Counted from the first letter of the stretch, positions 20,628-28,617 are shown. The stretch: DNA of 50,234 nucleotides from a virus (IMGVR_UViG_3300005805_000124:1-50234), one strand, 5' to 3'. Made by a program: numbers and translations. The notes: generated by a model from the letters alone, not told the origin.

Positions 20628-21688
20628 TTTAATATAATGACCTTTTCTGCAAAGTTAAACCAATTCTGTTTTCGTGTGCCTATTAACATGGGCGTGGAAC
20701 TTACTAATAACTTAATGTTGTCGGGATTTACAAAATTAGATTTCTTGTTTAGGTATATAATTTCGTCTGTATCCTGCTTATTTGCTCCTGGATTGTAAAC
20801 ATGAATTGGCAAACGATCGGTAAGTTTAGCATAGGCTAAAATATCTTCCATGGTAATTTCAAAACGTGATTTTATTTTTTTACTGTCTATTATATTGAAT
20901 CTTTTATTCGCTAAAAGCCAAAATTCTTTCCTAGTACAGCATCTCCGTACTGTCTTGAGCAGATCTAAACTGACTGAATAACCCAGAACGGAACTCATGT
21001 CCACTAACTTGATTAAATTATTTATACTCAGTCCATGACAAAATTCGTCAATATACAATAACAAATCTTTTGCTGCATTAGTGATCTCTAACTTATTATT
21101 CACTATCTGCAACTGAATTTTGTAGAGAGATTGTTCTACCTGTAAAATTTTCTGATACAGAATTTCTATTTGAGGATCCAATTCAAATTGATGTGTCTTT
21201 GCTAAGGTTGCAACAAAATTTATCATAAATTCTGTGACAGATAAGATCCATGTTTTTGTTTCATAGTCAAAATATGCTCGACCAACAGCCTCTTCTCGGG
21301 CTGTGTTTTTAAATAAATCGATCAGTGTTTTATCGAAAGGAAATTTTACATACAATCTGTCTTTTTCTAACCAAATTCGCTTAGATTGATCCACATGTCT
21401 GACACCTAATCTAAAATATATCTCATCAGGTATCCCGATAGGAATCGCTTGAGCGGCTAACTGTTTTTTATATTTGTGAATTAATTTCACAGCTAATTCA
21501 CTTTGTTTTTGTGTGTAAGCTATGGATTGAAAAGTTTGCCATGCAAAACTTTCAATGATAGACACATCATATCTAGCCAAACTCAATGGCGGACTTTGTT
21601 TTTGCCACATATCAAATTGAATATTGTTGAGATCTCTATAACCTGCAATATATTCAATTATATCTTCAACATACACAAATCTGTTCAT
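20624..21688 (-). CDS. hypothetical protein with HARP-like segment
   Basis: VKFPFDKTLIDLFK...FDYETKTW; ATG at 21688 preferred over the TTG in the terminator U-tract. Confidence 0.7.
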   Translation of the reverse strand: MNRFVYVEDIIEYIAGYRDLNNIQFDMWQKQSPPLSLARYDVSIIESFAWQTFQSIAYTQKQSELAVKLIHKYKKQLAAQAIPIGIPDEIYFRLGVRHVDQSKRIWLEKDRLYVKFPFDKTLIDLFKNTAREEAVGRAYFDYETKTWILSVTEFMINFVATLAKTHQFELDPQIEILYQKILQVEQSLYKIQLQIVNNKLEITNAAKDLLLYIDEFCHGLSINNLIKLVDMSSVLGYSVSLDLLKTVRRCCTRKEFWLLANKRFNIIDSKKIKSRFEITMEDILAYAKLTDRLPIHVYNPGANKQDTDEIIYLNKKSNFVNPDNIKLLVSSTPMLIGTRKQNWFNFAEKVIILK

Positions 21689-21722
21689 AGGTCTAGTATA
21701 ACATCTTAGGGTCTGTAATGTC

Positions 21723-21750
21723 AAAAAAAAGCTCTAGTTAAACTAGAGCT
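21723..21750 (-). terminator. intrinsic terminator, last of three tandem hairpins
   Basis: AGCTCTAGT/ACTAGAGCT stem followed by a T-tract on the minus strand. Confidence 0.8.
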
Positions 21751-21831
21751 AAGGCATCCTAAGATGCCATCTGAACTTAGAGCTAACAAGTTCAGATATT
21801 ATACAGATTGCCACACTTAAGTTATTTTTTG

Positions 21832-22095
21832 TCAATGATCTGAGAATGTTTTTTGCCTTATATAGTAGTTACGTGCCCATTCCATACCAGTAAGCCATGA
21901 TTCTGCCTGTGTTAGATTTCCGATGAATAGTTCTGCGTCTCGACTGTAAACTGGAAGACAATCTTGAAAAGGAACAAGGGCAAAACAATCCAATTTATTA
22001 AAATATTGATATCTGGGCTTGGCTACATCAAGCCCAAATTGTCTTGCTCTAAATACAAATCTTTCAAATTGATCTTGAGTATTCCAACCTATCAT
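21832..22095 (-). CDS. hypothetical protein
   Basis: ATG at 22095 overlaps the upstream TGA; LPVYSRDAELF..WLTGMEWAR. Confidence 0.7.
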   Translation of the reverse strand: MIGWNTQDQFERFVFRARQFGLDVAKPRYQYFNKLDCFALVPFQDCLPVYSRDAELFIGNLTQAESWLTGMEWARNYYIRQKTFSDH

Positions 22096-22475
22096 AGTTT
22101 TATCCCCCAATCTGTCAGTTGTTTCTTAATAGTACCAACAAGTTTCGGTTCTACATACAAACTGAAACTCTGGCCCAGTTCCAAGTCTTTTAACACCTTA
22201 ATACTTTCACTTAGGTTTTTGCCTGTATGATTTTTGATGCAGCCAATGACTTCAATTCTATTTATTTTTTCTTTTGGCACACTTAGACCTTTTAACTCAA
22301 TATGACCATTAGCAGTGGATATCATAGTTAAAAAGATTTGATCTCGAATATCTACAGGCACTGATCTATGAATGGTATTCCACAGTTCGACTCCTTGATC
22401 AATACCGTATACCTCGGTAAGACTATGAATAAAAATAATAGCATTGTTAATTAATTGTTGTTTATCGCTGTTCAT
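22092..22475 (-). CDS. hypothetical protein with ribosomal L7/L12-CTD-like segment
   Basis: RIEVIGCIKNHTGKNLSESIKVL resembles KIxVIKxVRxxTGLGLKEAKxLV. Confidence 0.55.
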   Translation of the reverse strand: MNSDKQQLINNAIIFIHSLTEVYGIDQGVELWNTIHRSVPVDIRDQIFLTMISTANGHIELKGLSVPKEKINRIEVIGCIKNHTGKNLSESIKVLKDLELGQSFSLYVEPKLVGTIKKQLTDWGIKL

Positions 22476-22478
22476 AGT

Positions 22479-22515
22479 CAAAAAAAAGTAGGCTAGTATA
22501 TATACACTAGCCTAC
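22479..22515 (-). terminator. intrinsic terminator
   Basis: GTAGGCTAGT...ACTAGCCTAC stem plus T-tract after the ATPase gene. Confidence 0.85.
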
Positions 22516-22534
22516 CCTGAAGGATTAAGGTAAA

Positions 22535-23566
22535 TTAGGCATCCTGTAGTTTCATGCAAGTACTACGAGCCATTGCCTGCCAACGCTGGGGGAAACTTTT
22601 GCGTAGATCCGCAATTTTAAGTGCCATACGTAGGCTCATTTCGCGCAATTTGTTCTTGTTGACATCCATAAATTCAATGATTTCATCCTGTGCAATACTA
22701 TCAAAATCATAGTCTGTAAACAAGTCACCATCTTGAGCAATTTGTTTAATGCGTAGAATTTTGTCACGCATAGTGTCCAAAGTCAGATCCAAATAGTGGC
22801 AACGACTCTGTAGAGCATCCAAATGGTCACGCAACTTCTGTGATTTCAATTGATCAAATTTTAGGTTAGTAATAAAAATTACCGAGCCTTTAAACTCAAA
22901 TTGATCCGGGATACCCTCACGGCGCAGAGTGCTGCTCTCTGACAGCCAAGAAATCTTACGCTTCTTGCCAGAATCCAATGCACCTTTTAGTAAGTTAAGG
23001 CTAACATCATCGAGTAGAATGCTGTCGCAGTCATCAAACACAACCACACAATTGGAATCTGAATACTTGTAAAGTGTCTGATACAATCCAATGGGAGTAG
23101 CAGATCCCTTTACTACTTCTGCACGAAGACGACGACTAGCCAATTGATCCAAAAGAGTAGCTTTATCAATTTCACGTTCGATACCAAAACTTTTGCCAAC
23201 CCCGGGAGGACCTGACACAATCATTGCTCGGATATCACCAGAAATTGCAGCCTTGGTCATATCTGTCAGGATTTCAAAACGCTCACGAATACGATCCATT
23301 ACTTCTTGGTCGGTTTCACTACTTTCTGTATTGGGCATGTCTTTGGCAGCACTGCAGGCCGATCCGTTGACAAATTGATAGCTCATAGGACCCGTTACAT
23401 TTACACGAATAGTATCAGGCATTCCAGGAAATACTCCATTGTTACGTACAGTAACAAAACTATTTTTATTGGTACGTTTGAATTGTTCAACTAGCTCAAA
23501 TGTCATACCCGCCACGCTTTTGTTACGATAGCTACCTTCTACAATACGGATATTAGCAGTACTCAT
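22535..23566 (-). CDS. AAA+/P-loop ATPase
   Basis: GPPGVGKS, VVVFDDCD, FITN, ALQSRC; has its own promoter, GAGG RBS and terminator. Confidence 0.85.
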   Translation of the reverse strand: MSTANIRIVEGSYRNKSVAGMTFELVEQFKRTNKNSFVTVRNNGVFPGMPDTIRVNVTGPMSYQFVNGSACSAAKDMPNTESSETDQEVMDRIRERFEILTDMTKAAISGDIRAMIVSGPPGVGKSFGIEREIDKATLLDQLASRRLRAEVVKGSATPIGLYQTLYKYSDSNCVVVFDDCDSILLDDVSLNLLKGALDSGKKRKISWLSESSTLRREGIPDQFEFKGSVIFITNLKFDQLKSQKLRDHLDALQSRCHYLDLTLDTMRDKILRIKQIAQDGDLFTDYDFDSIAQDEIIEFMDVNKNKLREMSLRMALKIADLRKSFPQRWQAMARSTCMKLQDA

Positions 23567-23599
23567 GTATTCCTCGTTTGGATTAACTACTGTACATAC

Positions 23600-23628
23600 A
23601 TTATATAATAACTGGGATTATTTGTCAA
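23600..23628 (-). promoter_or_regulatory. sigma70-type early promoter
   Basis: TTGACA-17bp-TATAAT. Confidence 0.9.
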
Positions 23629-23633
23629 CCGAT

Positions 23634-24302
23634 TTATATCGGTTTGACAAAGTTTAGCGTGGTTACTTTTGCCCCGTTATGATAGTTGCTGGTCTCTGTA
23701 CGTTTGATTTTAGCCGTAAAAGCCCCTGACTTAGTACAATCTTCCTTGCTGGTAAAGTAGCCAACAAGATTACCAGTAGCATCTTTAGCAGTAACAGACC
23801 AGCAATTAAATTGCTGAGACCATCGTGAACTAATCACAGTTAATACCGCAGTAATCTTATCACCCACTTTGCCAAGATATTCACTAGTTTGCGAAAGAAC
23901 TGTCAGCTCTTCATCGCGGCTTTGACGACTACGAATCTGCTGTATCATAGTGGGAAGAAACGCCATCAACCCTGCATCAATTTGAGTGCATTCTGTCTGT
24001 ACAACCAAATTAGTCATAGTATTTTGAAATTCTGGTAAAGACAAATTCTTAAGGATACGCATAGTCCTATCCTGTGTAAGAACTTCAATAGCCTCAACCG
24101 CATCTGTTCTATCCTGATCGCTAACTGCTAATTCTCCGCTGCGCATCAGGACCTTGTTAGGTGTTACTGTAATCACAGCATCCTGAACCTTATCATAAAA
24201 ACTGCTATCTTTAAATACTTGATTGTTCTGTTTTCTGTAAGCAGCAAAGGCCAAAGCAGCAAGCTCTTTAGTGGCAATCTTTGTTTGTGACTTAGAAACC
24301 AT
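23634..24302 (-). CDS. hypothetical protein with probable C-terminal OB-like domain
   Basis: SEYLGKVGDKI...TTLNFVK; has its own promoter. Confidence 0.7.
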   Translation of the reverse strand: MVSKSQTKIATKELAALAFAAYRKQNNQVFKDSSFYDKVQDAVITVTPNKVLMRSGELAVSDQDRTDAVEAIEVLTQDRTMRILKNLSLPEFQNTMTNLVVQTECTQIDAGLMAFLPTMIQQIRSRQSRDEELTVLSQTSEYLGKVGDKITAVLTVISSRWSQQFNCWSVTAKDATGNLVGYFTSKEDCTKSGAFTAKIKRTETSNYHNGAKVTTLNFVKPI

Positions 24303-24335
24303 TTTGTGTTCTTTCCTAACTGTTACAATACCATT

Positions 24336-24364
24336 ATTATACTAAAATTGGTAATTATTGTCAA
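24336..24364 (-). promoter_or_regulatory. sigma70-type early promoter
   Basis: TTGACA-17bp-TATAAT. Confidence 0.9.
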
Positions 24365-24376
24365 CCAAATTTACAA

Positions 24377-24625
24377 TTATTTTTTAGTAAAAGCAAGCAT
24401 CACAATTTCTGCAGCCTGTGTGGTTACTCGTGCACTGATATCGTATCCGCCACACTTCTTGTAGTCGTTAGCTTTTTCATATAGATCTGCCGCTGCCTTG
24501 GCTAATATAAGATCGACGAACTTCTGTAAATTAGCATCATAATTTTTTCCCTGATGATTTCTGTAGTAGTCCAAAATTTCATCTAAGCCCGAGCGTTTCA
24601 GTAAAAGATCTAGTTTATCATTCAT
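24377..24625 (-). CDS. hypothetical protein, possible divergent MNERI-family member
   Basis: MNDKLDLLLKRSG...LQKFVDLILAKA parallels MNERIRELAEQAG...LEKFAELIVREC. Confidence 0.6.
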   Translation of the reverse strand: MNDKLDLLLKRSGLDEILDYYRNHQGKNYDANLQKFVDLILAKAAADLYEKANDYKKCGGYDISARVTTQAAEIVMLAFTKK

Positions 24626-24627
24626 AG

Positions 24628-24987
24628 TTAACTGATGACAGGTTTTTTGGTTTTTCGATCAGAGTAAATTTTCTCTCCGCGTTCGCGAATTAGATCAGCA
24701 GTGGCCTGTGGTTGACAGTGCCACTGTTTCTGCCAGAATGCTGTATCCATATCTGATGTACAGTCGATAGCATAGATTTCATAGTGACGTTGTTGATTCG
24801 CCCGGGCACGAAGGATCATCATCTGTATAATTGAATATAATGGATTACGCTGAGTTGGTTGATCGGTTAATACGCGAAAAGTATTTTCTGCGTCCCAATT
24901 TTCGTATTGTGTTATTGGTACAATGGATTCGATTCCTGTTTCGTCCCAACAAAAGATATAGGCATTGCAAGTCAAATCTAGCTCCAA
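24628..24987 (-). CDS. hypothetical protein
   Basis: 119 aa; LRARANQQRHYEIY. Confidence 0.7.
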   Translation of the reverse strand: MELDLTCNAYIFCWDETGIESIVPITQYENWDAENTFRVLTDQPTQRNPLYSIIQMMILRARANQQRHYEIYAIDCTSDMDTAFWQKQWHCQPQATADLIRERGEKIYSDRKTKKPVIS

Positions 24988-25259
24988 GTACGATGAATTT
25001 CACTGATCCATTCTATCCCATCATAGTCCATTATCTGCCATTTAACATCATCGGGAATTTCTACAATTTTAAGCTCACTGAATTCGCCGTTTGCGTAATC
25101 TTTTAATTGCTCAATGACACTAACTAGATTTGGGTCATCTCTTGCTATATCCTTGGAACACTTAACCGCACTGTTACTGAGGAACCTATATTGGTCCATA
25201 GCTTCTGTGCTTAGTCCAAATCCGCCGTAACAAGTATTAATTACAATTTTTTTTGTCAT
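24978..25259 (-). CDS. hypothetical phage protein (CYGGFGLS family)
   Basis: KIVINTCYGGFGLS...RDDPNLV...YDGIEWISE. Confidence 0.75.
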   Translation of the reverse strand: MTKKIVINTCYGGFGLSTEAMDQYRFLSNSAVKCSKDIARDDPNLVSVIEQLKDYANGEFSELKIVEIPDDVKWQIMDYDGIEWISEIHRTWS

Positions 25260-25263
25260 AGTC

Positions 25264-25473
25264 TTACCATTCGCTGTTCAATAACCATTGCTCCGCGGCA
25301 ATTACATTATCAAAAATAGCGCCTTGTTGTCGATACATATCCTCACAACTGCCACAGACTGTGAGATAGCTCAAGGCTTTTTCTCCACTTCTATCTGTGG
25401 TTTTTATTATAATATTATAGGCATGATCGAAATCATCTACTTCATGCCTACAACTTAAAATGATCTTAGCCAT
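25264..25473 (-). CDS. hypothetical Cys-containing protein
   Basis: 69 aa; LSCRH and CGSC. Confidence 0.65.
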   Translation of the reverse strand: MAKIILSCRHEVDDFDHAYNIIIKTTDRSGEKALSYLTVCGSCEDMYRQQGAIFDNVIAAEQWLLNSEW

Positions 25474-25476
25474 TCT

Positions 25477-25905
25477 TTATTTTTCCACAGCATAGGGCCG
25501 ATCCCAACGTCCAATATTGATATCCACGTAATATGCAATATTAAAATAATCTGACTGTGAATCAGATTCGTCGTACCAACCTGCAGATTTTAAAGCCTTC
25601 ATTGCATCTGTCAGAAACTCTTTGGCACGACCACTAAAATGTTCCTGGTACCAATACGGATTAACATCCAGCGAACGACTTTTTCTAATGTTATTGATGG
25701 TATTTTGATCCATCTTACGACCATGAGGAGTAGCAAGGTCGGTGGTAATATAATTTTCAATAAAATCGATCTCGCCAGACTTAAGAGTCAACACAATGGT
25801 GGAATGGTTGCGTACACTTAAGGTGCCCTTGACCCCATAACGGGCCAGAATGGGTTTAAGATTGGACTGGATCAAAGCCTTGCGAACCTGATTCATGTAA
25901 GCCAT
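25477..25905 (-). CDS. hypothetical phage protein
   Basis: Start moved to the ATG at 25905 after the AAAACGGAG RBS; WYDESDSQSDYFNIAYYVDINIGRWDRPY. Confidence 0.8.
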   Translation of the reverse strand: MAYMNQVRKALIQSNLKPILARYGVKGTLSVRNHSTIVLTLKSGEIDFIENYITTDLATPHGRKMDQNTINNIRKSRSLDVNPYWYQEHFSGRAKEFLTDAMKALKSAGWYDESDSQSDYFNIAYYVDINIGRWDRPYAVEK

Positions 25906-25936
25906 TTGTAGCTCCGTTTTGTTAGCGTATAATGCT

Positions 25937-25965
25937 ATTATACCGAAATATTGAATATTTGTCAA
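25937..25965 (-). promoter_or_regulatory. sigma70-type early promoter with palindromic spacer
   Basis: TTGACA-AATATTCAATATTTCGG-TATAAT. Confidence 0.9.
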
Positions 25966-26086
25966 TCAAAATTTTGTCTTTGTGATATTTTAATTTCTGC
26001 CTAAGGGTATTTCTAAGAAATTTTTTCCCAATTTTCAAATAGAAATATTTTTTTGTGTCAGCAAAAAAAATTGTAGACTTTATCTT

Positions 26087-26323
26087 TTATTCTTCAACTC
26101 CGAAATGGTCTTTAATCTTTGTAATTGAACGATTGTAAGCTGCTATCACAATACCAGCACTTTGGGCTGTAAAAACCAAATTTTTGTCTGTATTGTTGAT
26201 GCATTGGATACATTCTTTTATAATTAACTCAGTGAACTTTTCAAGTCTAGTATTAAAACCTTCAACCTCATCACTCATCATCCAGCCGGCCTGTTCAGCA
26301 AGTTCTCGAATTCGGGCATTCAT
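26087..26323 (-). CDS. MNERI-family mini-protein (copy E)
   Basis: MNARIRELAEQAG / EKFTELIIKEC / DHFGVEE. Confidence 0.8.
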   Translation of the reverse strand: MNARIRELAEQAGWMMSDEVEGFNTRLEKFTELIIKECIQCINNTDKNLVFTAQSAGIVIAAYNRSITKIKDHFGVEE

Positions 26324-26324
26324 A

Positions 26325-26447
26325 TCAAACGCCTTTCAAGTAGCGCCAGCCAAGTCTATCGCCACTCCAGTAAAACAGTTTATTTTCCCAGACCTGCCAT
26401 TGACCCATATCTTGAGCCAAGCGGTCTTTATCACTTACGTAACTCAT
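26325..26447 (-). CDS. 40-aa Trp-rich cargo ORF (not in ORF track)
   Basis: MSYVSDKDRLAQDMGQWQVWENKLFYWSGDRLGWRYLKGV; ATG overlaps the upstream TGA; GGAG RBS. Confidence 0.7.
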   Translation of the reverse strand: MSYVSDKDRLAQDMGQWQVWENKLFYWSGDRLGWRYLKGV

Positions 26448-26668
26448 TCTCGAACTCCGAAATGTTCTGTAATATTCTTTACGTATTCATCATTAGGAAA
26501 TTGGGATGGTGTCCATTTTATGACTTCAACACATTCCCGAACGATCAACTCGGCGAACTTTTCAAAATCTGATAGTTTAAGGTAATAGATTGTCTCAGGT
26601 TCTAATGGGAAATCATCATCAAATTCAATACCAGCCTGTTCAGCAAGTTCTCTAATTCGTTCGTTCAT
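26444..26668 (-). CDS. MNERI-family mini-protein (copy D)
   Basis: MNERIRELAEQAG / EKFAELIVREC / EHFGVRE. Confidence 0.8.
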   Translation of the reverse strand: MNERIRELAEQAGIEFDDDFPLEPETIYYLKLSDFEKFAELIVRECVEVIKWTPSQFPNDEYVKNITEHFGVRE

Positions 26669-26802
26669 TCTCGATCTCCATACAAAGCAGCGTGTTGTCG
26701 CTCAATGCGTTCAGCAGCCATAATCAACAGCATTTTTAGTGCTATGTTATCTTGGCTTTCGCTGGCTTTACGCAGAGTATCAATTAGTTCTTGATTGGTC
26801 AT
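26665..26802 (-). CDS. 45-aa helical cargo ORF (not in ORF track)
   Basis: MTNQELIDTLRKASESQDNIALKMLLIMAAERIERQHAALYGDRE; ATGA overlaps at both ends. Confidence 0.7.
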   Translation of the reverse strand: MTNQELIDTLRKASESQDNIALKMLLIMAAERIERQHAALYGDRE

Positions 26803-27008
26803 TCTTGAACTCCGAGGTTATCTTTAAGCATTTTCAATGCTTGCTTTTCTTCACTATCGATCCGTTTCAATGCCGATTTGAGAGTAGTGCCGCAAGTGCC
26901 AACAAATTGCTCACCATCTTTCCAGTGTGCGTATTGTTCAATGCCCTCACGAATGCCGTTGTAATATGCTTTGTTCAAATCGGCTAGTGTTTCAAATTCT
27001 TTGTTCAT
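26799..27008 (-). CDS. chimeric ORF with MNERI-like ends and an unrelated core
   Basis: Starts ATGAAC (MNKEF), ends CTCGGAGTTCAAGAATGA (LGVQE), lacks the FAELIVREC block. Confidence 0.75.
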   Translation of the reverse strand: MNKEFETLADLNKAYYNGIREGIEQYAHWKDGEQFVGTCGTTLKSALKRIDSEEKQALKMLKDNLGVQE

Positions 27009-27202
27009 TCCGCAACTCCGAAATGTTGTTTAATACGATGTGAGGGATGATAAGCATAATCACCTCCAACAGTTGAATCGGCAACAGCACAACATTCTCG
27101 CACGATCAATTCGGCGAACTTTGTACGATTAAATTCCTCTTTGCCAGTATCGGGGTCATTGTACCAGCATTGATAAGAAAGTTCTTGAATTCGTTCGTTC
27201 AT
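27005..27202 (-). CDS. MNERI-family mini-protein (copy C)
   Basis: MNERIQEL / TKFAELIVREC / QHFGVAE. Confidence 0.8.
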   Translation of the reverse strand: MNERIQELSYQCWYNDPDTGKEEFNRTKFAELIVRECCAVADSTVGGDYAYHPSHRIKQHFGVAE

Positions 27203-27396
27203 TTTTTCACTGGCTTAGGCGGAAAGTCTGGGAACGCACCCCAAGGCTGACACAATTCATCAGTGACATCATCAGGACCACCCTGTTCAAGCCAAATCTT
27301 AGTAATTACTGTAACAGGATTACCGTTACGCATAACATATCGAGTCTTGTAATCCACATAGTCATATGTGCCATCGGGCACCCAACCGAACATCAT
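27199..27396 (-). CDS. 65-aa cargo ORF
   Basis: ATGA overlaps at both ends; unrelated to its neighbours. Confidence 0.7.
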   Translation of the reverse strand: MMFGWVPDGTYDYVDYKTRYVMRNGNPVTVITKIWLEQGGPDDVTDELCQPWGAFPDFPPKPVKK

Positions 27397-27602
27397 TCCT
27401 CAACTCCGAAATGTTCTTTCATCATAGTGCCAAGTAGTTTAGAATTTTTATTCTCACAAAATTCGGCACATTCCCGAACGATCAACTCGGTGTACCTAAC
27501 CATTTCTTCGTTGCTCAATACCACAAATCCATTTTGGAACGGAGCAACTTTATCATTATCTGCGATCCTGTTTACAAGATCAAACATTTTCTGTTCGTTC
27601 AT
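27393..27602 (-). CDS. MNERI-family mini-protein (copy B)
   Basis: MNEQK / YTELIVREC / EHFGVEE. Confidence 0.8.
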   Translation of the reverse strand: MNEQKMFDLVNRIADNDKVAPFQNGFVVLSNEEMVRYTELIVRECAEFCENKNSKLLGTMMKEHFGVEE

Positions 27603-27748
27603 TTATAATCCGACTTTCGAATGAATTTAACTGGAATATCAACATATTGACCTGAATAAAGTACAGTCACACATACCCACCATGCACTATGATTGAGTCC
27701 CATACCACCGGGAATGTACTTTACTTGAAACTGTTGCATTTCCATCAT
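27599..27748 (-). CDS. 49-aa cargo ORF (not in ORF track)
   Basis: MMEMQQFQVKYIPGGMGLNHSAWWVCVTVLYSGQYVDIPVKFIRKSDYK; ATGA overlaps at both ends. Confidence 0.7.
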   Translation of the reverse strand: MMEMQQFQVKYIPGGMGLNHSAWWVCVTVLYSGQYVDIPVKFIRKSDYK

Positions 27749-28002
27749 TGAACTCCGAAATGTTTTTCAATATGCTCTGCTACCTTGTCAAGATAATAAC
27801 CTTTTGCCTTTAGATCACCTACATCAGCAACATGAATTTCATTAATACATTCTTTCACAATCAACTCGGCGAACTTTTCTTCATACATCAAATACCGTTG
27901 GTCGATTTCTTTTTGCGAATATGCGTTAGGATCTTGAGGTTGATGATTTTCCGATACCCAAGCCGCAGCCTGTGTTCTAAGTTCAAGAATTCGTTCGTTC
28001 AC
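27745..28002 (-). CDS. MNERI-family mini-protein (copy A)
   Basis: GTG start; MNERILEL / EKFAELIVKEC / KHFGVQ. Confidence 0.8.
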   Translation of the reverse strand: MNERILELRTQAAAWVSENHQPQDPNAYSQKEIDQRYLMYEEKFAELIVKECINEIHVADVGDLKAKGYYLDKVAEHIEKHFGVQ

Positions 28003-28401
28003 TTAACCACCCCACTTATAACCAGGATACCAGCTATCATAGTGACTGCGGTACTCATGGCTGTCCCGAGGAGCCATCCTGGCCAGTTCGTACCGTGTAC
28101 GCTTTGCCATCTCATATACAGTGTCCTCCAAAGCCCGAGCTCGATATCTCTCGTAAACTGCTTCTACACCACCACGCTCGTAAGCTAGATGATACTCTAC
28201 CGCTGCGGCAATAGTACGAGGACGCATTTCTTTAGTAAATCCGGGCCAACCGGCGATTGCTTCAAAAAACTCGTAGGCTTTACTCCTAGGACTAAAAGTC
28301 ATTGTACCTAGATCAGTGGTAACAACCATTGGGGGTTCTGCACGGGAACTCCTAGCAGTGTGGATTTTACCATCTAGGGTTTTCATCGTTAACTTACGCA
28401 T
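28003..28401 (-). CDS. hypothetical protein
   Basis: 132 aa, preceded by the AAAACAAAACGGAG leader. Confidence 0.75.
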   Translation of the reverse strand: MRKLTMKTLDGKIHTARSSRAEPPMVVTTDLGTMTFSPRSKAYEFFEAIAGWPGFTKEMRPRTIAAAVEYHLAYERGGVEAVYERYRARALEDTVYEMAKRTRYELARMAPRDSHEYRSHYDSWYPGYKWGG

Positions 28402-28422
28402 CTCTTGCTCCGTTTTGTTTTA

Positions 28423-28617
28423 TTATTCTTGATCATTAGTATACCAAGAATTAAATTTCACAGACATATTATCTAGCCAATCATTGTATAGTTCCTCTAT
28501 TTTTTGTTCTTGTTGATCATTGGATACTAGTTGCAATAAGGAATTAATGCCATCCAACCTAAATGAATCATCTTCGTATTGCCGTTCCATATCAAGCTCA
28601 TATAGCTTTTGTTCCAT
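28423..28617 (-). CDS. hypothetical acidic protein
   Basis: 64 aa, AGGA RBS. Confidence 0.6.
   Translation of the reverse strand: MEQKLYELDMERQYEDDSFRLDGINSLLQLVSNDQQEQKIEELYNDWLDNMSVKFNSWYTNDQE

Larger units (their letters stand above)
26087..28002 (-). repeat. array of MNERI-family mini-gene repeats alternating with unique small ORFs
   Basis: TCGGAGTT end block occurs 6 times, plus repeated ATGAACGAACGAATT-like and AAGTTCGCCGAGTTGAT-like blocks. Confidence 0.85.

Noticed and set aside
21798-21835. sigma70 promoter from TTGACA (about 21835) and TATAAT (21803-21798)
   Set aside because: The spacing is about 26 bp, far from 17.
25906-25965. N-terminal extension MTNIQYFGII of the 25477 ORF
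   Set aside because: The TTG start is the -35 box of a promoter; the RBS points to the ATG at 25905.
26087-28002. CRISPR array
   Set aside because: The repeats are degenerate, lie in-frame within ORFs and are spaced irregularly at hundreds of bases; no cas genes are present.
26087-28002. Canonical integron with attC sites
   Set aside because: Ends match only AAC/GTT, not RYYYAAC/GTTRRRY; units are about 200-260 bp; no tyrosine recombinase is in the window. Kept only as an analogy.
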